DNA of 64,000 bases from Longimicrobiales bacterium. GTDB taxonomy: Bacteria; Gemmatimonadota; Gemmatimonadetes; Longimicrobiales; Gaopeijiaceae. Of the stretch, positions 59,250 through 64,000 are shown piece after piece. The stretch lies in assembly GCA_965248195.1 (NCBI GenBank), contig CBDFIQ010000002.1, forward strand, positions 320,001 through 384,000, written 5' to 3'. Under the pieces are notes generated by a model, which ran no database searches, was not told the DNA's origin, and was given only the letters and a program-made list of their open reading frames with translations. The translations under genes and the position numbers were made by a program. The first letter of the stretch is position 1; each line of letters starts with the position of its first letter.

Positions 59250-60200
59250 TCAACATGACCGAGTCGCCGACGTGACGAAGAGCAAGGGTCCTGATGCCTC
59301 GGGACGGGCGGGCAGTGGCCGGTATGCGAAGTCCGCGAGTCCCTCGTCCCGATGCCATCCGGCCAGATCCGCCTCATCGAAGCCCGGCCACACATGACCC
59401 ATCTCTTCCTGGTACCCCTCTCTCGAGTGACGCCGCATGTCCACGACTATCAGTCGCCCGGCCGGCTTGAGCGCCCTCCGAGCCTCCTTCATTATTGTCG
59501 GCGGATCGACGACGTAATGGAGCACCAGGAGCAGCACGGCCACGTCTAGCTCCCTGTCGTCGATCGGGAGCTTTTCGAGGTCACCGCGACGCAGGTCTAC
59601 GTTGGGCGTGCCGTCCAGGCGGTCGTGCGCCGCTTCGAGCATCTCCTCGGAAGCGTCCACCGCGACGACCCGGCCCACGAAAGGAGCCACACGCGCGGCG
59701 AAGTGCCCGGTCCCCGCACCGAGATCCCCCAGGGTGGCGGTTGGGTCGAGGAGGCCGAAGAGCGGAAACATCTCCGAGTCACTTCCGAACAACTCCCCCC
59801 GGACGGTGTCCCAGCGCCGCGCCACACCCGAAAAGAACTCCCGTGAGCGCCCTCGGCGTTCAAGGAGGACCGCTCGGGCGCGTTCGTCGTCCTCCTCCGC
59901 CAACCCCGCCGCCGCCACATCGGGACGAACCAACCCCCACAGCTCCCGTACCGCCGGGTCGAGAGGGGCGACCATCCGGTAGTACCGGCTGGTCCCACTC
60001 GCCCGTGACGTCACCCATCCGTCATCCGCAAGGATCTTCAGGTGGCGGCTCACCGTCGACTGCGGCAGCTGGGAGACCTGAACGAGCTCGGAGACCGTGA
60101 ACTCACTTTGCTCCAAAAGGAGAAGGAGGCGGCCCCGGGCAAGGTCGCCCAAGGCGCTCATTCGGTCGAAGATCCGGGGTTCGATGATTGTAATATCCAT
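59250..60200 (-). CDS. sahR: ArsR-HTH plus SAM-methyltransferase-fold regulator (SahR-like)
   Basis: LPQSTVSRHLKIL HTH, REFF...W, DLGAGTG, LHYV; directly upstream of ahcY. Confidence 0.8.
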   Translation of the reverse strand: MDITIIEPRIFDRMSALGDLARGRLLLLLEQSEFTVSELVQVSQLPQSTVSRHLKILADDGWVTSRASGTSRYYRMVAPLDPAVRELWGLVRPDVAAAGLAEEDDERARAVLLERRGRSREFFSGVARRWDTVRGELFGSDSEMFPLFGLLDPTATLGDLGAGTGHFAARVAPFVGRVVAVDASEEMLEAAHDRLDGTPNVDLRRGDLEKLPIDDRELDVAVLLLVLHYVVDPPTIMKEARRALKPAGRLIVVDMRRHSREGYQEEMGHVWPGFDEADLAGWHRDEGLADFAYRPLPARPEASGPLLFVTSATRSC

Positions 60201-60212
60201 AAATCCGGATTG
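60193..60212. promoter_or_regulatory. Candidate SahR operator overlapping the regulator's start codon
   Basis: ATATCCATAAATCCGGATTG, an ATCC-N8-GGAT dyad resembling the ATATC-N10-GATAT SahR-type motif. Confidence 0.5.
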
Positions 60213-60361
60213 AACGATACAACACTTCTGGGCCGTAAGCAACCGCTTAGAAGCCACCCGCGTCAGCGAAACGAAGAAGCGGCCGCGATTTCCGCCGAAG
60301 CTGGGGCGATTTCCGCAGAAACTGCGATCGAGGACGATCGGCCGGTGGACAAACGGGTGAA

Positions 60362-60391
60362 CAAACCACTCGTGGCCAAACCACTCGTGGC
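60362..60391. repeat. 15-bp perfect tandem duplication
   Basis: caaaccactcgtggc twice. Confidence 0.85.
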
Positions 60392-61402
60392 CTACGCCGC
60401 CCCCCGGCACCGGAACGTGTTGAGAATGGTCTCGAGCTGCAGGACGTATTGGTACTTGTCTCTTGCCGGGGCATAAAGCCAAGCGTCGATCATGTAGTGT
60501 CGACCCTGCGCAGGGCAGGGGACGGACCATATGATCAAGGGCCCACCAGCCGGGAACTGGTCCTCCGGTGGGTTGGACCATACCGCACGGAACTCCTCGA
60601 GGACCAGGTCGCCCATCTGGAGCCGGCGTGTCTGGGCCAGGTCCAGGTCGACGACCTGCGGATAGATGTAGTACCGATCGGTGAGATCCGTCCGCCAGGC
60701 CAGCAACTCTTCTTGGCCCAACTCCTCAGGAATCGGACTCCTCCAGGTCACAGCGATCTGGCGGATCAGCTCAGCAGGCTCGGGATTGTCGTTCCTGAAG
60801 ATATAGACCGAATCTACCCTCCGGCGCTGGTACACGGACGGGAGGAGCATGGTGAACCCCGCCTCATTCCAGAGCGTGTCGGCGAGCAGGGAATCACGGC
60901 CGCTCATGAACATTCGGTTGCGCACCCATCCGCGGTACTGGCCGTCCAGGAGCTCGTGGAGGGGCTCCATGAGCTCGGCCGCTCCGTCCGCTCCCTCAGA
61001 GGGCAAAAGAAGGATGGTCACGTTCTGTCCTCGGGCCCAAAGGTCCCCGACCTGGAGGATCTCCGGTGGATCGAAGCTCTCGCGTTCGGTGCGCGCCAGC
61101 GCTTCGGCCATCCATGGGGAATCTGGCGTGCCGATGAGCAGAAGCTGGCGGAAGCGCTGAAGCAAATCCCACTCCCGGCCCGCCGGAACCTGATGCGTGA
61201 CGCGGAACGTCTTCTCGGGCCGCACCGTGAGGATCCTGGTCTCCATCGCCGATTCGACCATCTCGCCGACGGCCGCCCACTGCTCCTCGGACGCCGCTGC
61301 GATGATGCTGTTTACCTCGCCCCAGGCTCTGGGACTTTCACCGCAAGCTGCGAGTGCGGAGGTGAGTAATACGGTGATGACGATTGTGTGAGCCTGGCGC
61401 AT
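60392..61402 (-). CDS. DUF4837-like lipoprotein
   Basis: Lipobox LAAC, GEVNSII, DLWARGQ, PAGGP, WLYAPARDKYQY. Confidence 0.7.
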   Translation of the reverse strand: MRQAHTIVITVLLTSALAACGESPRAWGEVNSIIAAASEEQWAAVGEMVESAMETRILTVRPEKTFRVTHQVPAGREWDLLQRFRQLLLIGTPDSPWMAEALARTERESFDPPEILQVGDLWARGQNVTILLLPSEGADGAAELMEPLHELLDGQYRGWVRNRMFMSGRDSLLADTLWNEAGFTMLLPSVYQRRRVDSVYIFRNDNPEPAELIRQIAVTWRSPIPEELGQEELLAWRTDLTDRYYIYPQVVDLDLAQTRRLQMGDLVLEEFRAVWSNPPEDQFPAGGPLIIWSVPCPAQGRHYMIDAWLYAPARDKYQYVLQLETILNTFRCRGAA

Positions 61403-61478
61403 GAGTCCTCCCGGCGGGTGGTGCCGACGAAAAGATGTGAGAACTGTACCGCGGCTGTCGCCCCACCGTTCCCGTGCA

Positions 61479-61514
61479 CCAGACTGGGCGCACGGTCCAG
61501 ACTGGGCGCACGGT
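61479..61514. repeat. 18-bp perfect tandem duplication
   Basis: ccagactgggcgcacggt twice. Confidence 0.85.
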
Positions 61515-61543
61515 GAGGATGATCACCGACCGGACTTCTACCG

Positions 61544-64000
61544 TTAGGGCAGGTTGGAGTCCGAGGGGGCCTCGAGCTCTTCGGATGCCGCAGGCAAGAC
61601 CGGCTTGGTCCGGAAAACGCTCCGGGTGACGAAGCCCTCGTGCTCGCTCGTTTCCCTCTGGATGCGATTCTCGCCGCTGGCTAGGTAGCGCAGCAGCGCG
61701 GAACTGTGCGCCAGCCCGGCGGTGGCGACGAGCTGAAGCCACTCCCCCCGAGCCGTTTCGTCGGGTGCCTCAGTAGTCGTCGCGAAGTACATGATGCGCG
61801 GATTCGTCGGCCCGCTGCCGCTAACCTCCTGGCCCGTGAGCGCCTGCGAGACGAGCATGCCGCTGTGGAAGTATTCGCGGAAGTTCTCGACATCCTGCGC
61901 GCCATACTTCCGATAGCGTGCGTAGAGGCGTTGGTTCATCTCCTCCACGGCGGGCTCTCCCGTGATCGCCGCGGCCACCGAATCGAGGATGGCGAACTGG
62001 GCGGTCGTGATGTCCTCGTACTCGTCGTCATCGACCCAGTTGAATCCCGGGATGAACCAGCCGCGGGGGGACCACCAGTCGCGTTGGCCGCCGTTGCGGC
62101 TCCGCACCCACGCGCTGTACCCGGCGAAGTACTGGACCCACTCGTGGGTGGGATACCCGTGCATGTTGATGTAGATGTCCGGAAGCCATGTCTCCCAGAG
62201 CCGCGGCCGTACCTTGGACTCCGGATAGATCGGATCGTCCGAGTCTTGGCCCGCCTCGATATCGACCCCCAACGCGCCCAGGTACCCGGCGTGCAACATG
62301 AAATCGGGGTTGGTCTCCTGCATCTGTACCGCAAGGCGGGCACCGTCGGCGTTGGTGATCGGGTGGAGCACGACGTTCACCCTTTTGAGGAGATCGGCGT
62401 ATGCCGAATCCGTCGCGAGGAGCTCCCCGAGGCGAAGGATGTGGCTTGTGCTCGACACCTCGTTGGCGTGCTGGCGTCCCGAAAGGAGCAGGGTGGGCTT
62501 CAGGGCGTTCAGCTTCGCCTGAGAAACGAGCTCGGCATCCATGGGGAGAAGAAAATCTGCGGCGTACACGTTTTGGCCCAGGAAGGATTCAGTCATGTAA
62601 TAGACGTCCACGCCTGGGAACGTGTTCAGCTTCGCCAGGATCTGATCGTTCTCGGAGGGCGGGATCGGCAAATCCCACTGTACCATCCGCTCGCCTTCAT
62701 ATCGGAAGCCGTCATCGAGAAGCACGGGGTTGTCGGTGGAGGCGGGCCCCCGGCTGCGGGGCAAGAAGGCCATCCGCGTGAACGCCGTGCTGTCCTCCAG
62801 CGTGAAACGGAACGCCAATTCCTCGACTCGATCGAGGCTCAGCGCCTCCTCGATCATCCCATTTTGGTGGAGGTCCCGCAACGCGTCGACCATCCCCGAG
62901 AGCAGTTCGATGGATAGGAAGCTCCGATCGATGCCCTCTTCGGATCCTCGGCTCCGGAATTCCTCGTAGCGGTCGGTCGAGTCGCTCACCACGACCTCGA
63001 AAAGCATCCGGGAGAGCCCCTCGTCTCGTGCGCGTACCGCGACCCCTCTGAGCTTCGGGGGGTCCACCGGCAGGCTGCTCATACGGTAGCGTTGCGTTAC
63101 GGGTTCCGACTCGGCCCGCCGCACGGTCATCTCCAACTCGGGAATGGCCCTCGCTTTGCCGGTGAAGGAGATCGTGGCGTGCCCCGGCCGGCCTGTCCCG
63201 TTGGGATCGATGTATGGAAGAATCCGCCCCCCGTAGCTCATGGGTCCGGCCCCGTAGCGTCCACCGATCAAGTTGAAGAGCGTCAGCGTCTCGAAGTAGA
63301 GATCTTCGTGTAATGCTTCCAGTGAGGAGACGACCTCTTCGTCGATGCCGATCCGGTAGTTCGGCTCGCTCATTCTGAGATCAATCCGGAACTCGTCGTA
63401 GTACGGCGCGTTCGCGGACGAGGGCCGGCCCTGCTGAATATCCATGACGTAGTCGACGATCCTCCGATACGTGTCCGTCTGGAGGACGTCCCAAAAGGTC
63501 TCGGGGTCGGTCTCGATACGGCGGTCTAGGACCGCTTGACCATCCACCTCGACGGTTACCCAACCGGTGGTCACTCGTACCTGCTCATATTCGGGAAACA
63601 GGTCGAAAAAAGGCCGTACTACGTACTTCGGGGTGAACGAGTCCTCTAACAGGATGGCTCCACCGGTACTTCGAACCGTGACCATGTAGATGGGATCGTC
63701 ATCGACCCGGGGCGTAAACGTAACGGCCGACTCGGGGATCCCGAGGTCACGCGCGAGCACAGCGTCGATCGGATAAAGCTCCTGGAGCCATCGAGTGGGG
63801 GATGCCACCCTCTGCCAACGGACCTCCTCAGATTCCTTCAGCGTGTGATAGGCGATCTCGATGCTTCCGATCGCCATGCCCCGAAGTCGTGGAAGAACGG
63901 AGTCGTTGAGCCAGCTGAATCCCTGCTTGTAGGCACTGAGAACCTCGACATCGAAAGCGTCCCGGGAGGCGCCTCGTGTCTCCAGCGCCGTTCTGATCTC
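61544..64000 (-). CDS. M14 zinc carboxypeptidase-family protein, 5' end outside the window
   Basis: GRQHANE, NADG, INMHGYP; the frame stays open from 63877 to the window edge (EIRTALETRG...). Confidence 0.85.
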   Translation of the reverse strand, partial: EIRTALETRGASRDAFDVEVLSAYKQGFSWLNDSVLPRLRGMAIGSIEIAYHTLKESEEVRWQRVASPTRWLQELYPIDAVLARDLGIPESAVTFTPRVDDDPIYMVTVRSTGGAILLEDSFTPKYVVRPFFDLFPEYEQVRVTTGWVTVEVDGQAVLDRRIETDPETFWDVLQTDTYRRIVDYVMDIQQGRPSSANAPYYDEFRIDLRMSEPNYRIGIDEEVVSSLEALHEDLYFETLTLFNLIGGRYGAGPMSYGGRILPYIDPNGTGRPGHATISFTGKARAIPELEMTVRRAESEPVTQRYRMSSLPVDPPKLRGVAVRARDEGLSRMLFEVVVSDSTDRYEEFRSRGSEEGIDRSFLSIELLSGMVDALRDLHQNGMIEEALSLDRVEELAFRFTLEDSTAFTRMAFLPRSRGPASTDNPVLLDDGFRYEGERMVQWDLPIPPSENDQILAKLNTFPGVDVYYMTESFLGQNVYAADFLLPMDAELVSQAKLNALKPTLLLSGRQHANEVSSTSHILRLGELLATDSAYADLLKRVNVVLHPITNADGARLAVQMQETNPDFMLHAGYLGALGVDIEAGQDSDDPIYPESKVRPRLWETWLPDIYINMHGYPTHEWVQYFAGYSAWVRSRNGGQRDWWSPRGWFIPGFNWVDDDEYEDITTAQFAILDSVAAAITGEPAVEEMNQRLYARYRKYGAQDVENFREYFHSGMLVSQALTGQEVSGSGPTNPRIMYFATTTEAPDETARGEWLQLVATAGLAHSSALLRYLASGENRIQRETSEHEGFVTRSVFRTKPVLPAASEELEAPSDSNLP

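Overview
GC-rich bacterial chromosomal segment with about 45 genes. Gene content and protein style suggest a Gemmatimonadota-like environmental organism (inference only). From left to right: (1) aprBA (APS reductase; aprA runs off the left edge) divergent from a taurine-desulfonation pair xsc-tpa, with gene debris on both sides of xsc-tpa; (2) exported scavenging enzymes (RraA-like, D-aminoacylase, PQQ dehydrogenase, serine hydrolase, LamG/PKD lipoprotein, D-amino-acid dehydrogenase, M20 peptidase, RidA lipoprotein); (3) an NHEJ locus in which ku is coupled to a MerR-HTH/TPR gene, divergent from ligD, with an SOS-box-like site between them; (4) a CzcCBA-like metal RND efflux operon preceded by a signal-peptide, His-rich leader ORF ending in two RAPP ribosome-arrest-like motifs; (5) a CDGSH protein, an ABC exporter, and an octaheme cytochrome with a possible outer-membrane partner; (6) a DUF4212-ActP-porin operon; (7) dnaE, pilin-like genes, one IS3-family element, and a SahR-like regulator upstream of ahcY with a candidate operator; (8) a partial M14 peptidase at the right edge. 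No rRNA, tRNA or CRISPR array was recognised. All family calls come from motif recognition by eye, not from database searches.
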